Source: a virus
Virus record (IMG/VR): IMGVR_UViG_3300045988_044701
Length of the DNA: 42,534 nucleotides
Strand: one strand, 5' to 3'
Position 1 is the stretch's first letter; every line of letters begins with the position of its first letter. The notes beneath the pieces are model-generated. The model had not been told where the DNA came from, ran no database searches, and saw only the letters and a list, made by a program, of their open reading frames with translations. Below are positions 15,291-24,478 of this stretch, in pieces. Made by a program: the position numbers and the translations under genes.

Positions 15291-15866
15291 TTATGCTGCC
15301 GCGTCTTCGCTTACAAAGAACTCCATGGGGACGGTCTCGTCGCCCATGCGGACACAGCCCGTCAGGGTGACGGACACATTGCCCTTGCCCTTGTCCGTTG
15401 TCTTGAGGGACAAGCCGCCCGTGCTGATTGCGTTGTCCAGCCGAACAGCCACATAACCGCCGCCGATGAGGTCGCCCACAAACCAGATGGTTTTGAAGTC
15501 GCCCGTGGTCTTGTCGGTTTTGAACGTCATGCGGGGCGTTACCTTGCCCCCGGCCACGTCCGCTGCGCCCAGCGCCATGCGGATGACCTCGGCGGAGGTA
15601 TTCAGCGCGGTAAAGGCCAGCGTGCAGTCGTAGTCCTCAATTTCCATGAGTTCCACGGTGTTCTTCTGGCAGTTGTCCACATCTTCGCCCAGGTCGGTGA
15701 TGTTGGGGGTGCAGGTTGCGGTGATGCCGCCAGTGGTTGCGCAGATGATGTCTGCATCAGCAACGGCGGTCTGGCCCTCAGTATCGAACTTGTTCAGCAC
15801 AAGGCCCGCGTTGATCTGCATGGACTTGAATGCTTCTGCGGAAATTTTGGTAAATTTTCTTCCCAT
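15291..15866 (-). CDS. Major tail protein
   Basis: 191 aa from the ATG at 15866, preceded by taaggag. Its position upstream of the chaperones supports the call. Confidence 0.7.
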   Translation of the reverse strand: MGRKFTKISAEAFKSMQINAGLVLNKFDTEGQTAVADADIICATTGGITATCTPNITDLGEDVDNCQKNTVELMEIEDYDCTLAFTALNTSAEVIRMALGAADVAGGKVTPRMTFKTDKTTGDFKTIWFVGDLIGGGYVAVRLDNAISTGGLSLKTTDKGKGNVSVTLTGCVRMGDETVPMEFFVSEDAAA

Positions 15867-15874
15867 AATTCTCC

Positions 15875-16252
15875 TTACTCGCATAGCTGCGTGATCTCAA
15901 AATTCAGGTACTCGCACAAATAGCCCTCGGGCGGGTTGTCCATCGGTTGGGCCCACGGGGTGCCTTTGCGCAAAACAATAGCGCCGCCCTCGCACGGCAC
16001 GGTCAAACCGCCTGCAAGGGCTGCGCTGATTTTGTCTTCGGTCTGTAAGATGGGCAAGCGCCCTGCGCTGCTGGGGTACCACAAGCGGCCATGAAACGAC
16101 GCTTCCTCGTTCCAACCGCCGGGGACGGCGGGCTTATAGGTCAGATACGGCAGTTCTGCGCCGGGCGGAATGCTGTCTTCCAAGTAGCCGGGGATGCCAA
16201 AGCCGTTAAAAAAGGCGTTCAGCGCCCGGTTGATGCTCTCGTCGGCCCCCAT
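15875..16252 (-). CDS. Tail completion / tail terminator-like protein
   Basis: 125 aa from the ATG at 16252, which overlaps the upstream stop as TAATG. Called from synteny between head closure and the major tail protein. Confidence 0.5.
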   Translation of the reverse strand: MGADESINRALNAFFNGFGIPGYLEDSIPPGAELPYLTYKPAVPGGWNEEASFHGRLWYPSSAGRLPILQTEDKISAALAGGLTVPCEGGAIVLRKGTPWAQPMDNPPEGYLCEYLNFEITQLCE

Positions 16253-16620
16253 TACGGCAGCACCGCCTTTTTGCACTTGACGGCCCGCAGCCCCATGCCG
16301 GATTCCGGCGGGGCTTTGGCTTCGTCCGCTGTGCTGGTGATCTGGAAAGTCTGCCCGTCGTTCACCCGCTTGATGTAGTCCGGGAAAGCCAGCGGAACGC
16401 CCGTGTTGACCAGCAGGGTATAGGTGGAGGCGGTGTCAGCCTGCTCTGCCACCTGAGCTTCCACGGTGGTGTCGTGTCGCTCCACGGCCTCAAACTCGGG
16501 GCCGTCCTGCCAGCCGGACACAAAGCCACCCACGCCGTCCGGCTCATAGCTGCGGGTCTGAAAACGGTATTTTTGGGTAAAGCTCTGCATCACGGTGGAT
16601 GCAGTGAACGAATTGACCAT
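16252..16620 (-). CDS. Head closure protein (SPP1 gp16-like)
   Basis: 122 aa. The pattern ...PDGVGGFVSGWQDG...QTFQITS fits the head-closure family as I recall it. Confidence 0.55.
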   Translation of the reverse strand: MVNSFTASTVMQSFTQKYRFQTRSYEPDGVGGFVSGWQDGPEFEAVERHDTTVEAQVAEQADTASTYTLLVNTGVPLAFPDYIKRVNDGQTFQITSTADEAKAPPESGMGLRAVKCKKAVLP

Positions 16621-16621
16621 G

Positions 16622-17032
16622 TCACATCTTCCTCCACTGATTGATCTCGGATTTATAGCGGGTTTTGCCGTCGGCAGGCAGGCCGTCCGTGCCTGTAGCC
16701 ATCGTGCCAGACCACCCGGCAAAGGACTGGGACACATACACGCCGCCGGACGGGAGCGCCTTGTCGTATGCGTCGATTTTTTCAGCCAGCGCCACGAAGT
16801 CAGGCGGCACGCGCATGGGCTGCACCGTCCCGGTGAATGTCTCGGCGGTCAAATCGCCGTCCCCGGCCTTGTGCACGCCGTCATTGAAGATGGATCCGCA
16901 CACGAGGAAATACTGCCCCGGCACTACCCCGGCGGGCACGGTATCCGGCTCAAAGGCAAACTCCCCGGCAACGGGGTCATCTGCCCGGTCAAAAAAATTG
17001 TGCGTCAGTGCGCACAGCTCAGGGACGGTCAT
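16622..17032 (-). CDS. Hypothetical virion protein (head-tail connector position)
   Basis: 136-aa ORF between the major capsid and head closure genes. Confidence 0.45.
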   Translation of the reverse strand: MTVPELCALTHNFFDRADDPVAGEFAFEPDTVPAGVVPGQYFLVCGSIFNDGVHKAGDGDLTAETFTGTVQPMRVPPDFVALAEKIDAYDKALPSGGVYVSQSFAGWSGTMATGTDGLPADGKTRYKSEINQWRKM

Positions 17033-17054
17033 GCAAAGTCACCCCCCTTGCAAG

Positions 17055-17954
17055 TTAGACCGATTCACCCGGGGTAATGGTCTGGACAGAGATGCCGTCC
17101 AGGTACTCAGCAAACAGGGTCACGCCGGTAATGGCGAAGCTCTCAGAGACGGCGGTGGTGTAGTTGCCCTGGGTGTGGAAGCCGATCAGGTTGTTGGCCT
17201 CGCCTGCGGTGGTGTACACCAGCCCAGCCTTTGCGTAGTCGCTGTCGGAGGGGTCAACGTAGTACATCACGATGTTGTCCACGGGGGTGGCAATGACCTT
17301 GCCCTTTGCGATCTCGCCGTCAGACAGCAGGAAGATGGTGTTGTAACCCATGAAATCCTTGATGTACTGGAAGCCGTACTGGTTCTGAATGGTGATCGGG
17401 GCGGCGCCCAGGTACTCCGCCACGTCCAGGACGTTGGCAAAGCCCACAACGCCGGTGACGGTGCGGTGCATATTCTTGAACTTGTTCTCCACGCTTCCCT
17501 TTGCCATGGCCAGAGCCATCTGGAAAGTCTTGGGGGTGCCTTTCAGGGTGCCGGTGTTCAGGTACTTGTAGAACTTGTCCGTGACCTTTGCGGTCAGGTC
17601 GTACAGAAACTCATCATCGGTCTTCTGCACGGCAACCTCGTAGCCGTAATTCTGGATGGCCTCGATGGTGACGGCTTTGGCGTACTTCTCGATGGTGATC
17701 TTGCCGTAGTCCTTCTCCTTGACGGTGTACTGGCTGTAGGGGATCTCCTCGCCCTCTGCCACGGTGCCGGGCTGCAGGGTGCCCTGGGCGTACTTGCTCT
17801 TCAGCACGGTGCCGGGCTGCATCCGGATGGGACGCATGATGCCCATGATCTCCCGCAGGTGCTCCCAGTTGCGCTGGAAGCGTGTCACAAAGTCGATTTC
17901 CCGGGGGTTGACGGTGATCTCGGTAGTGGTGATCAGATTGGTCTTTGCTGCCAT
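17055..17954 (-). CDS. Major capsid protein
   Basis: 299-aa ORF immediately after the scaffold gene; size and position fit. Confidence 0.75.
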   Translation of the reverse strand: MAAKTNLITTTEITVNPREIDFVTRFQRNWEHLREIMGIMRPIRMQPGTVLKSKYAQGTLQPGTVAEGEEIPYSQYTVKEKDYGKITIEKYAKAVTIEAIQNYGYEVAVQKTDDEFLYDLTAKVTDKFYKYLNTGTLKGTPKTFQMALAMAKGSVENKFKNMHRTVTGVVGFANVLDVAEYLGAAPITIQNQYGFQYIKDFMGYNTIFLLSDGEIAKGKVIATPVDNIVMYYVDPSDSDYAKAGLVYTTAGEANNLIGFHTQGNYTTAVSESFAITGVTLFAEYLDGISVQTITPGESV

Positions 17955-17957
17955 GTG

Positions 17958-18545
17958 TTAGTCCTTTCCGCCGCCTGTAAACAGGTCGGCATTTGCTGCA
18001 ATGGCCGCCTGGCGCTCGCCTGCGTCCTTGATTGCAAAAATTTGGTCTTTGGTCATTTTGGAGCCGGTGTTGGTGGGCGGGGTGTCCACCTTTGCGCCGG
18101 TGGTGGTCGTAGTGCCTACGAAGTCGCTCCAATCAGCTTTCAGGCTGTCTGCGTGCTTCTTGGCGTCCTTAACCTCTCCCTTATCGTCCAGCTCCAGCTT
18201 GTCGATATCCTCGCCAGACAGCCGCACAACGCGGTCTGCGTACTTATCCAGCACCCCGGCGGACTTCAGCAGCTCCCGGAACTTGGCTTCCTTGGCTGCG
18301 CGGGTATCTTTCTGGGTCTGCTGAGCCTTGTAGTCTGTCAGCGCCTTTTCAGCGGCTTCCTTGCCGCCGTTGGCTGCATCGCGGTCCTTTTCGGCTTTGG
18401 CGAGGGCCGCGTTCTTCTCATCGAGCTGGTTCTGCAAAGTGTCCGTTTCCTCATGCAGCACGTCCAGAATTTTCTTGAGCTTGCCGCTGGTGTCGGTCGT
18501 TTCATCTTCCAGAATCGCCCGGAGAGTCTTGCGTTCGAGTGCCAT
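17958..18545 (-). CDS. Scaffolding protein
   Basis: 195 aa from the ATG at 18545 (RBS aaagga), highly charged and coiled (GP20-like). The longer track ORF would overlap the tRNA. Confidence 0.7.
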   Translation of the reverse strand: MALERKTLRAILEDETTDTSGKLKKILDVLHEETDTLQNQLDEKNAALAKAEKDRDAANGGKEAAEKALTDYKAQQTQKDTRAAKEAKFRELLKSAGVLDKYADRVVRLSGEDIDKLELDDKGEVKDAKKHADSLKADWSDFVGTTTTTGAKVDTPPTNTGSKMTKDQIFAIKDAGERQAAIAANADLFTGGGKD

Positions 18546-18620
18546 GTGATAGTCCTTTCTGCCCTTGCTCGGGCTGCCATGCTTGGCAATAAGGTTTATT
18601 TGCCGGACGTGCTGCCGGTG

Positions 18621-18696
18621 TGGTGCCGCTTGCAGGGGTCGAACCTGCAACTACCCGGTTATGAGCCAGGAGCACTGCCAGTTGTGCGAAAGCGGC
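18621..18696 (-). tRNA. tRNA-Met (anticodon CAT)
   Basis: A 76-nt cloverleaf folded by hand: acceptor GCCGCTT/AAGCGGC, D stem GCAC/GTGC, anticodon arm CCTGG-CTCATAA-CCGGG, T arm GCAGG-TTCGACC-CCTGC, and an encoded CCA. It could alternatively be an Ile2 (lysidine) type. Confidence 0.88.
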
Positions 18697-18697
18697 A

Positions 18698-18731
18698 TAA
18701 AAAAGCGGCTGACGCTGTGCGCCAACCGCTG
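18698..18731 (-). terminator. Hairpin with a T-run just upstream of the tRNA
   Basis: On the minus strand, a stem (RC of 18726-18730 paired with RC of 18704-18708) is followed by tttttt. Confidence 0.4.
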
Positions 18732-18742
18732 AGTATTTAGTT

Positions 18743-18973
18743 TTAGAGCGAAAATTCACAGTCTGTGTCTGTAGGATAGTCCTGCGCTTCGGCCGGGACA
18801 TAGACAAAAACAGAAATTTTGGCTTTGCCCTCGCCGTATGTGTTATCACACATTTCCTGAAGCACTTTGCGTGCCTGAGCGCCAGCTGCAAACAATTCTT
18901 TGACTTTTTCGCCTTTTTCCTGTGCTTTTATAGCAGCTTGAAGCCGTTCGTTCCAAGTTTCGCTTTTGTCCAT
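18743..18973 (-). CDS. Hypothetical protein (76 aa)
   Basis: ORF 2 nt downstream of the gp10-like gene. Confidence 0.5.
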   Translation of the reverse strand: MDKSETWNERLQAAIKAQEKGEKVKELFAAGAQARKVLQEMCDNTYGEGKAKISVFVYVPAEAQDYPTDTDCEFSL

Positions 18974-18975
18974 GC

Positions 18976-19428
18976 TTACACCTCCTTGTTTCCTTCTTTC
19001 ACAGCGATCTCTCGCAGTTCGTCAATGTGATCTTCCACCGCCGGGCGGAGGAACGGACGTGGAGCCATGCCTCTGGTAAAGTGCCACTTGCCGTTGAAGT
19101 CTTTCCAGACCCACGGCGTTTTGCGTCCGTTGCCTTTCTCGGCAAAGATACCCGTTCCAAGCTCAACGTAGACGCTGTAAAAGAGATTTGACCCGATGGT
19201 CACGGCCTTTTTGGCAAGGTCTACGGAGTAGGTCAGGCTCTGCTTAAGTGCGCCGCCCACGTAGCCCTCAATGCCCGTGCTGTCTGCCGTGCCAGTAGGC
19301 ACAAGCAGCTTGGCGTAGTCCTGCACTTTCATGCCCCAGATGGTCAGCACCCGCTCTGCCCATGAGTCCAGAGCTTCATGCAGCTGCGGGGTGTTATCGG
19401 TGAATTTGATGTCGTAGTTAAATTTCAT
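18976..19428 (-). CDS. HK97 gp10-like protein, in an atypical position
   Basis: 150 aa. VTIGSNLFYSVYVELGTG and RPFLRPA match the gp10-family pattern I recall. The gene lies upstream of scaffold and capsid rather than after head closure. Confidence 0.55.
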   Translation of the reverse strand: MKFNYDIKFTDNTPQLHEALDSWAERVLTIWGMKVQDYAKLLVPTGTADSTGIEGYVGGALKQSLTYSVDLAKKAVTIGSNLFYSVYVELGTGIFAEKGNGRKTPWVWKDFNGKWHFTRGMAPRPFLRPAVEDHIDELREIAVKEGNKEV

Positions 19429-19431
19429 GGT

Positions 19432-19824
19432 TTACTTTTTCTTCTTTCGCCTTGTTGTTCCTCCCTCTTTGCGAGTTTTAATCACTCGTTCAGTTGAAAC
19501 ATTTTTGGGATTAAGCGACCCTGTATCAATATGGACAAGCTTTCCTTTTTGAAACCAGAGCACATTTTCTCTGTGCGCAACAGTTTCAATCGTGTCATAA
19601 TAGGCATTCATTCTGCCCATTCTGTAATGCTCTCTGGTCTTTTTTGCATCATAGGAAATATCAATACGGTCTTCATGTGTTTTTGTGATTTTTACGTTGT
19701 CCAAAGAATCCCAGCGCTTTTTTATGACTTGGTCTATATATCCTTGGGTCGTTTCTCTTTCCTTTTTTGTAATTTTGAATCCACCGCCAGCTCTCTCGGA
19801 TCTGCCCGAACCTCTTTTACTCAC
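19432..19824 (-). CDS. Hypothetical Lys-rich protein (130 aa)
   Basis: GTG at 19824 follows gaggagg. The C-terminus is RRKKKK. Confidence 0.5.
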   Translation of the reverse strand: MSKRGSGRSERAGGGFKITKKERETTQGYIDQVIKKRWDSLDNVKITKTHEDRIDISYDAKKTREHYRMGRMNAYYDTIETVAHRENVLWFQKGKLVHIDTGSLNPKNVSTERVIKTRKEGGTTRRKKKK

Positions 19825-20440
19825 GGTAATGCCTCCTCTCGTATTGAAATGGCTTGATTTTGGTAACGTTCCAGTCAAACTCTGCCGGACACTTGCCGTA
19901 CCACAAAATGCTGCTCGGTTGCAGCACTTCCAGCGCCTTGCGGCAGTGTTTGGCAAAGCACTCTGCTTCGTATGGGTCAGATTGTGTGCCGTGGCTCGAA
20001 ATGCTCACGATGGCGTTTCTGGGCTCTCCGTCAAAGCACCAGTCATAACTTTGCTCACCGCACCAGCAGAGCGTTGGAATGACGTGGATTCCGTGAGCTT
20101 GCCAGTATGCAGCCAGCCAGTGCTTTTTGTAGTGCATGAAAAGCTGCACCGCAAGCGGCATATCGCTGTAAAGCGAAAAATCCGGCGAACATACCGCGCC
20201 GAACTGCTGCAAAAGGGAAATGTATTTGTCCGGGTTGTTCCAAAACCGTTCAAACTGGTAATCGTCCTTGTAAAAATGCACGCCTTTTGTGGCCTTGTCT
20301 TTGGCTGTCAGCGCATAATTGACCGGGATCCATTCCAGCTTGTCAATGCGGATGTCCGTTTCCGGCTTGATTTCAGGGATGCCATACTTGCCCACGCCAG
20401 GAAAAATCATCTTTTCGGTGTTTTCCATCGGCAAGATCAC
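19817..20440 (-). CDS. DUF4417-like protein
   Basis: 207 aa. HFYKDDYQFERFWNNPDKY and the overall pattern match my memory of DUF4417. Confidence 0.6.
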   Translation of the reverse strand: MILPMENTEKMIFPGVGKYGIPEIKPETDIRIDKLEWIPVNYALTAKDKATKGVHFYKDDYQFERFWNNPDKYISLLQQFGAVCSPDFSLYSDMPLAVQLFMHYKKHWLAAYWQAHGIHVIPTLCWCGEQSYDWCFDGEPRNAIVSISSHGTQSDPYEAECFAKHCRKALEVLQPSSILWYGKCPAEFDWNVTKIKPFQYERRHYRE

Positions 20441-20443
20441 AGT

Positions 20444-20641
20444 TCATCCCTTCTTTCTTTTTCTGAATCCTTCCATTGTCCTAATAAGGCGTTTGTGTGC
20501 TCCATGCGGCTTTGCGCCATTTCCGTAGGAAGGCCGCGCGTGTTTTGGCTTAATGTAACCACACGGGGGCTTAAAATCACGGCAAAAGTTCAAGAAAAAG
20601 TCATCGTTGATTACGACAATCCCAAACTTCTTATTTTTCAT
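20444..20641 (-). CDS. Hypothetical small basic protein (65 aa)
   Basis: ATG at 20641. Only the last 65 codons of the 167-aa track ORF lie outside the MuF-like gene. Confidence 0.4.
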   Translation of the reverse strand: MKNKKFGIVVINDDFFLNFCRDFKPPCGYIKPKHARPSYGNGAKPHGAHKRLIRTMEGFRKRKKG

Positions 20642-21671
20642 GCTTTTCGCTCTCCTTTCTCCGTTTTCTCTCTTCCGCCCACCACATTTGCTCGGCTTCT
20701 GTGCCGCCCTTGGATTTATACCACTCGGTGTAATCCATGACGGGGGTGACGTCTTTTGCCACATTGTCCCGCTGCATGGCGTTCTGCCGGGGATACTTGC
20801 CCAGCGCAGAGGACAGAACACAACGGCAGTGGTAGACCATCTCCGGCGCTGCGTTGGGGTCTCCGGGGCGCTGAATCTCGTAGCCCATGACCTTGAACGG
20901 CTCGTCGAGCTCTGCCGTCTGCTGGTCAAGCAGGCGGTGCATCTCACGGGTGCGGTAGTCGTGGGTGGAGTTCCACCGCTTTTTGACCTCGATGCCCAAA
21001 GCCTGGGCGTTGCGCATCTGCTGCAAAGCCCCGGCGTTCTGGGCGCTGGTAAGGGCCGTGATGGCGTTGTTCATGGCCCAGTGGATCTCCGTGTCGGCCA
21101 TGCCGTTGACGGCCTGCACGGCGATGTCGTGGACGCTCTTGCCCTGCACGATGCCCTGCATGACGTAGCGATTGAACACCCGGGCATCATAGGTGCGGTT
21201 GCTCTCGCTCTTGATGCGCTTGTTGGGCACCATGCGGGGGTTCTCCTTCAGCAGGAGCTTGACCGCTTCGGTGTTGTACAGGGTCAGCCCGAACGTCACG
21301 CCTGCGGCCTGTTCCAGCTCGTAGAAAGCCCAGTTTGCGCCAAAGGAAAAGATATTGTATTGCTCGTCCCGGGCCAGCTTGTAGGCCGTCTCTTGGGCTG
21401 TGGTGCAGGTCTGTGTGATGCCGTCCAGCTTGGCCCGCATCAAATCGGACTGAAAGACCTGATTTTGCAACCAGATTCGGTAATCGTCCTCGGTGATCTC
21501 GCCTGCATCCAGCTGCACCCGCTTGCGCTCGTCCAGCGCTTTGTACTTGGCCAGAAACTCAGTCAGCTGCTTCTGCATCTCCCGGCGGGCAGTACCGTAC
21601 ACCCGGAGGATACGGCGGCGCAGGCGGTTCAGCTGGCGGGTAGAGATGCGGTCACGGTCGGTCTGTTTCAT
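20631..21671 (-). CDS. Head morphogenesis protein (SPP1 gp7 / Mu F-like)
   Basis: 346 aa from the ATG at 21671, which overlaps the upstream stop as ATGA. It lies directly after the portal and carries a C-terminal YHCRC motif. Confidence 0.75.
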   Translation of the reverse strand: MKQTDRDRISTRQLNRLRRRILRVYGTARREMQKQLTEFLAKYKALDERKRVQLDAGEITEDDYRIWLQNQVFQSDLMRAKLDGITQTCTTAQETAYKLARDEQYNIFSFGANWAFYELEQAAGVTFGLTLYNTEAVKLLLKENPRMVPNKRIKSESNRTYDARVFNRYVMQGIVQGKSVHDIAVQAVNGMADTEIHWAMNNAITALTSAQNAGALQQMRNAQALGIEVKKRWNSTHDYRTREMHRLLDQQTAELDEPFKVMGYEIQRPGDPNAAPEMVYHCRCVLSSALGKYPRQNAMQRDNVAKDVTPVMDYTEWYKSKGGTEAEQMWWAEERKRRKESEKHEK

Positions 21672-21829
21672 GACACTGCAAAAGTCACAAGCGCCCATTT
21701 AGCCCATTCAGGCATATCTGCGCTAAAAACGCCTTTGACGTAGTAAACAGCTAAAACGGCGTTCAAAATTACGATTCCAATGATAAGCGCAACGCACACG
21801 CCAAAGAAAATCCAGAAAAATATTTTCAT
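21668..21829 (-). CDS. Small membrane protein (53 aa)
   Basis: MKIFFWIFFGVCVALIIGIVILNAVLAVYYV... fills the gap between the portal and MuF genes. It is below the ORF-track length cut-off. Confidence 0.45.
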   Translation of the reverse strand: MKIFFWIFFGVCVALIIGIVILNAVLAVYYVKGVFSADMPEWAKWALVTFAVS

Positions 21830-21833
21830 CCTG

Positions 21834-23234
21834 TCATGAGTTTTCATCCTCGTTGTCCTCCTCTTCCTCGTTCTCGCCCGCGGTCTCCCGTGTTGCGCTC
21901 TCAGCCATCAGCACGGCTTTTGCCTGCTCCTTTTGTTCCGGGGTCAGGTTGGGCAGCAGGTCAATGGCCATGTCCTGCCCGATGATGGGTGCCTCGGAAA
22001 TCACCATGCTGACCTGTTCGGCGGTGTTGGTGATCTTGCTGCGATTGAATGTCGGCATAGCGTTGCCAAAGCCAGCCAGTGCGCAAATCTGCCGGATGAA
22101 CGGCTTGACCTGCGCCTCGAAGTCGTCTGCGTTCTGGTTCAGCGGTTCATAGGCTGCATCCAGATGGTCGTTGGTGCTGTCCGCGCTGACGCAATGCACA
22201 TCCAGACCGCCGAAGTCCTCATACACCCTGGTGTGGAGCAGCTCCAACAGAGCCTGCCGGGCTGTCACGGGAATCTCGGTGGTGTAGGGGGTGATCTTGC
22301 CGCCCTCGCTGGTGTCTGCGCCTGCAATGTGGTACAGATTCAGCTTGACGAGAAACTCCTGCAGCTCGTCATCGGTCATGCCGTTGAAGTTCTCGCACAG
22401 CCAGTAGATCTGCGAAAAGTCCTGCAAGTCATTGCAGAAGCCGGACATCACCAGATCGGTGTTGTCAATGTAGGCTTTCAGCCCCACAAGCGTGCTCTGG
22501 TGCAGGTCGGAACACCACAGCGGCACAATGGGCAGGGCGCTGTAGTTTTCGCCCTCCACGCTTTCCAGCCCGCCGCCGGGTGTGGTGACGGTCACGCTCT
22601 TGTATGCCTGCTTCGGCGTTGTCTCCTGCATCACATTGCCGATTTTGCTTTCCGTGTACTCAGTGAAGCCGTCCAGCTCGTACAGGATATAGTGCATATC
22701 CGTGTCAGGATTCAGCCGCCAGAAGCGCACACCCGCCTGCAAAAGGCCTGTCTTTTCATCGTACAGGGGAGCAAACTCGGTCAGCTTGAAAACAACCAGA
22801 TGGTCGTTGTTCCAGAATCCAAAGCTCTCGCCGTGGATCAGGGCGAAATATCCGGCTTTCTGGATCTGCTCATCGAAGCTCTGCCCTAGCCTTTCCTTGT
22901 CCACGCCATCGTCCGCAAAGACCACGCCGTTGCCGAGAGAGTAGGTCGCCCGCTGCTTGTTGAGCCGCCGGAACAGATTGCTCTTGACCATATCGGGGTG
23001 TAGGATGTCTTGCTTGGTGTTTTTGGATAGGCGCTTCAGCATCAAAGCGTAAGCCTGCGCGAAGCGTTCAGCTCCCGGGTTTTTCTGGGCGTCGTACAGG
23101 TCGGCGTCCAGCGCCATCTTGTACGGTCCGGAACTGCAGTGCTGCTTCACGAACCGCCGGATGAAATCAGGCTGTTCCCCGGCGGCTTGCGCCTGCTGAA
23201 AGGTCTGGAATGTGTATACAGTGCTCAAAATCAA
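21834..23234 (-). CDS. Portal protein (SPP1 gp6-like)
   Basis: 466-aa ORF following TerL with a 4-nt overlap and an acidic C-terminus. Confidence 0.85.
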   Translation of the reverse strand: MILSTVYTFQTFQQAQAAGEQPDFIRRFVKQHCSSGPYKMALDADLYDAQKNPGAERFAQAYALMLKRLSKNTKQDILHPDMVKSNLFRRLNKQRATYSLGNGVVFADDGVDKERLGQSFDEQIQKAGYFALIHGESFGFWNNDHLVVFKLTEFAPLYDEKTGLLQAGVRFWRLNPDTDMHYILYELDGFTEYTESKIGNVMQETTPKQAYKSVTVTTPGGGLESVEGENYSALPIVPLWCSDLHQSTLVGLKAYIDNTDLVMSGFCNDLQDFSQIYWLCENFNGMTDDELQEFLVKLNLYHIAGADTSEGGKITPYTTEIPVTARQALLELLHTRVYEDFGGLDVHCVSADSTNDHLDAAYEPLNQNADDFEAQVKPFIRQICALAGFGNAMPTFNRSKITNTAEQVSMVISEAPIIGQDMAIDLLPNLTPEQKEQAKAVLMAESATRETAGENEEEEDNEDENS

Positions 23235-24478
23235 TTCCTCAGTTTCACAAGGCGCTTTGTGCGCACGAAATAGCGGATGGCATCCATGCAGTGGTCGTTG
23301 ACCTTTAGCACGGTGTCGTCTTTATCCGGGTCCCAAGCGTACACGCCGAACTCTTCCAGCGTGTGCTTGCAGTCTTTGTAGATCTTCAACCGCCCGGTCT
23401 GCAGCATGGTCTGCACGTCCAGAATGCCGCTCAGGACGTCGTTGTTTGCGGGGGTCTGAGTAAAGCCGTTCTTGCGCAGCTCTGTAATCAGGGGCAGGGC
23501 AGAGGGGTCAACGATGATCCTCTCCGGCTTGAGACCATTCAGCCACGCCTTGAGGTCTGTGACGTACTCGCCCACGGTTTTTTGCCGCTTCTGTTCCCGG
23601 CCGCTGTAGTAGTACTCCCGGGTGACGATCCAGCAGTCTGCATCTGCCTGCTTCTGGAATAGCAAAAAAACCGTTGCGTTCTGGGTTCCAAAGTCGCACG
23701 CCACATAGGCGCTCTTTGGTGACAGCTCCGGAAGTATATCAACAACGTGTTTCTTGCGGTCGAACATGTCATATACAAGGCCCTCGGCCACCGTCCACAG
23801 GCCCAGAATGTAGCGCTGATAGAAAACGCCGCTGTACTGGCTGCGGTATCTGGCCTTGATGTCCTCGGAAAGTGACAGGTTGTCATCCATCGTGAAATGG
23901 AGGTACATCATCTTGCGGGAACGGCATTTCCGCACCCACTCGAGATAAAACCAGTGCTGCGGGCTGCCAGGGTTGCAGTTGAACCAGAACTTTGACCCGG
24001 TGACAGAGCATCGGGCCGTGGCCTGGTTGACGAAGCTCTGCGGCATCAGGGCCACCTCGTCAAAGAATGCCCCGGCAAGGGTGATGCCCTGGATCAGATC
24101 CTGGCTGCTCTCGTCCTTGCCGCCGAAAAAGTAAAACTCGTTGGTTCTGCCGCCCTTGCTGACGGTCATGCAGTTTTCTGCCCGATGCTCCTTGACGCTG
24201 TAGCCGCGGGCCGCAAGCTGCTGCTTGAGCGTCCCAAGCACGTTGCGCCGAAAGCTGGCAATGGTCTTGCCACACATGGCAAACTGCTGGCCGCTGTAGC
24301 ATGTCATAGCCCAATGGACGAAAGAGAAGCTCATGGAACAGGTCTTTCCCGATCGGATAGAGCCATCGGCAATGATGCCGTTGTAACCGCTGTATGCGCT
24401 CTGCGGCGTCCACCAGCTCAAGACCTGCTTTTGCCGCTGACTGAGGGCTTTCCATCGAAAACCGTTACTTTTCCGCAT
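23231..24478 (-). CDS. terL: Terminase large subunit (PBSX-type)
   Basis: Walker A-like GSIRSGKT. 415 aa from the ATG at 24478. Synteny runs TerS, TerL, portal. Confidence 0.88.
   Translation of the reverse strand: MRKSNGFRWKALSQRQKQVLSWWTPQSAYSGYNGIIADGSIRSGKTCSMSFSFVHWAMTCYSGQQFAMCGKTIASFRRNVLGTLKQQLAARGYSVKEHRAENCMTVSKGGRTNEFYFFGGKDESSQDLIQGITLAGAFFDEVALMPQSFVNQATARCSVTGSKFWFNCNPGSPQHWFYLEWVRKCRSRKMMYLHFTMDDNLSLSEDIKARYRSQYSGVFYQRYILGLWTVAEGLVYDMFDRKKHVVDILPELSPKSAYVACDFGTQNATVFLLFQKQADADCWIVTREYYYSGREQKRQKTVGEYVTDLKAWLNGLKPERIIVDPSALPLITELRKNGFTQTPANNDVLSGILDVQTMLQTGRLKIYKDCKHTLEEFGVYAWDPDKDDTVLKVNDHCMDAIRYFVRTKRLVKLRN

Noticed and set aside
16665-18740. A 691-aa plus-strand ORF, and similar long plus-strand ORFs at 9808-11520, 20607-21743, 21933-22889 and 3023-3973.
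   Set aside because: They run antisense to well-supported structural genes. They have Ala/Gly/Val/Leu/His-biased, repetitive sequences without motifs, and many use non-ATG starts. They are typical shadow ORFs of GC-rich coding DNA.
20444-20947. The full 167-aa ORF overlapping the 3-prime end of the head morphogenesis gene.
   Set aside because: The upstream 100 codons lie in an alternative frame of the MuF-like gene. Only the terminal 65 codons (20444-20641) lie mostly outside the MuF-like gene (11-nt overlap), and these are kept as a low-confidence small gene.
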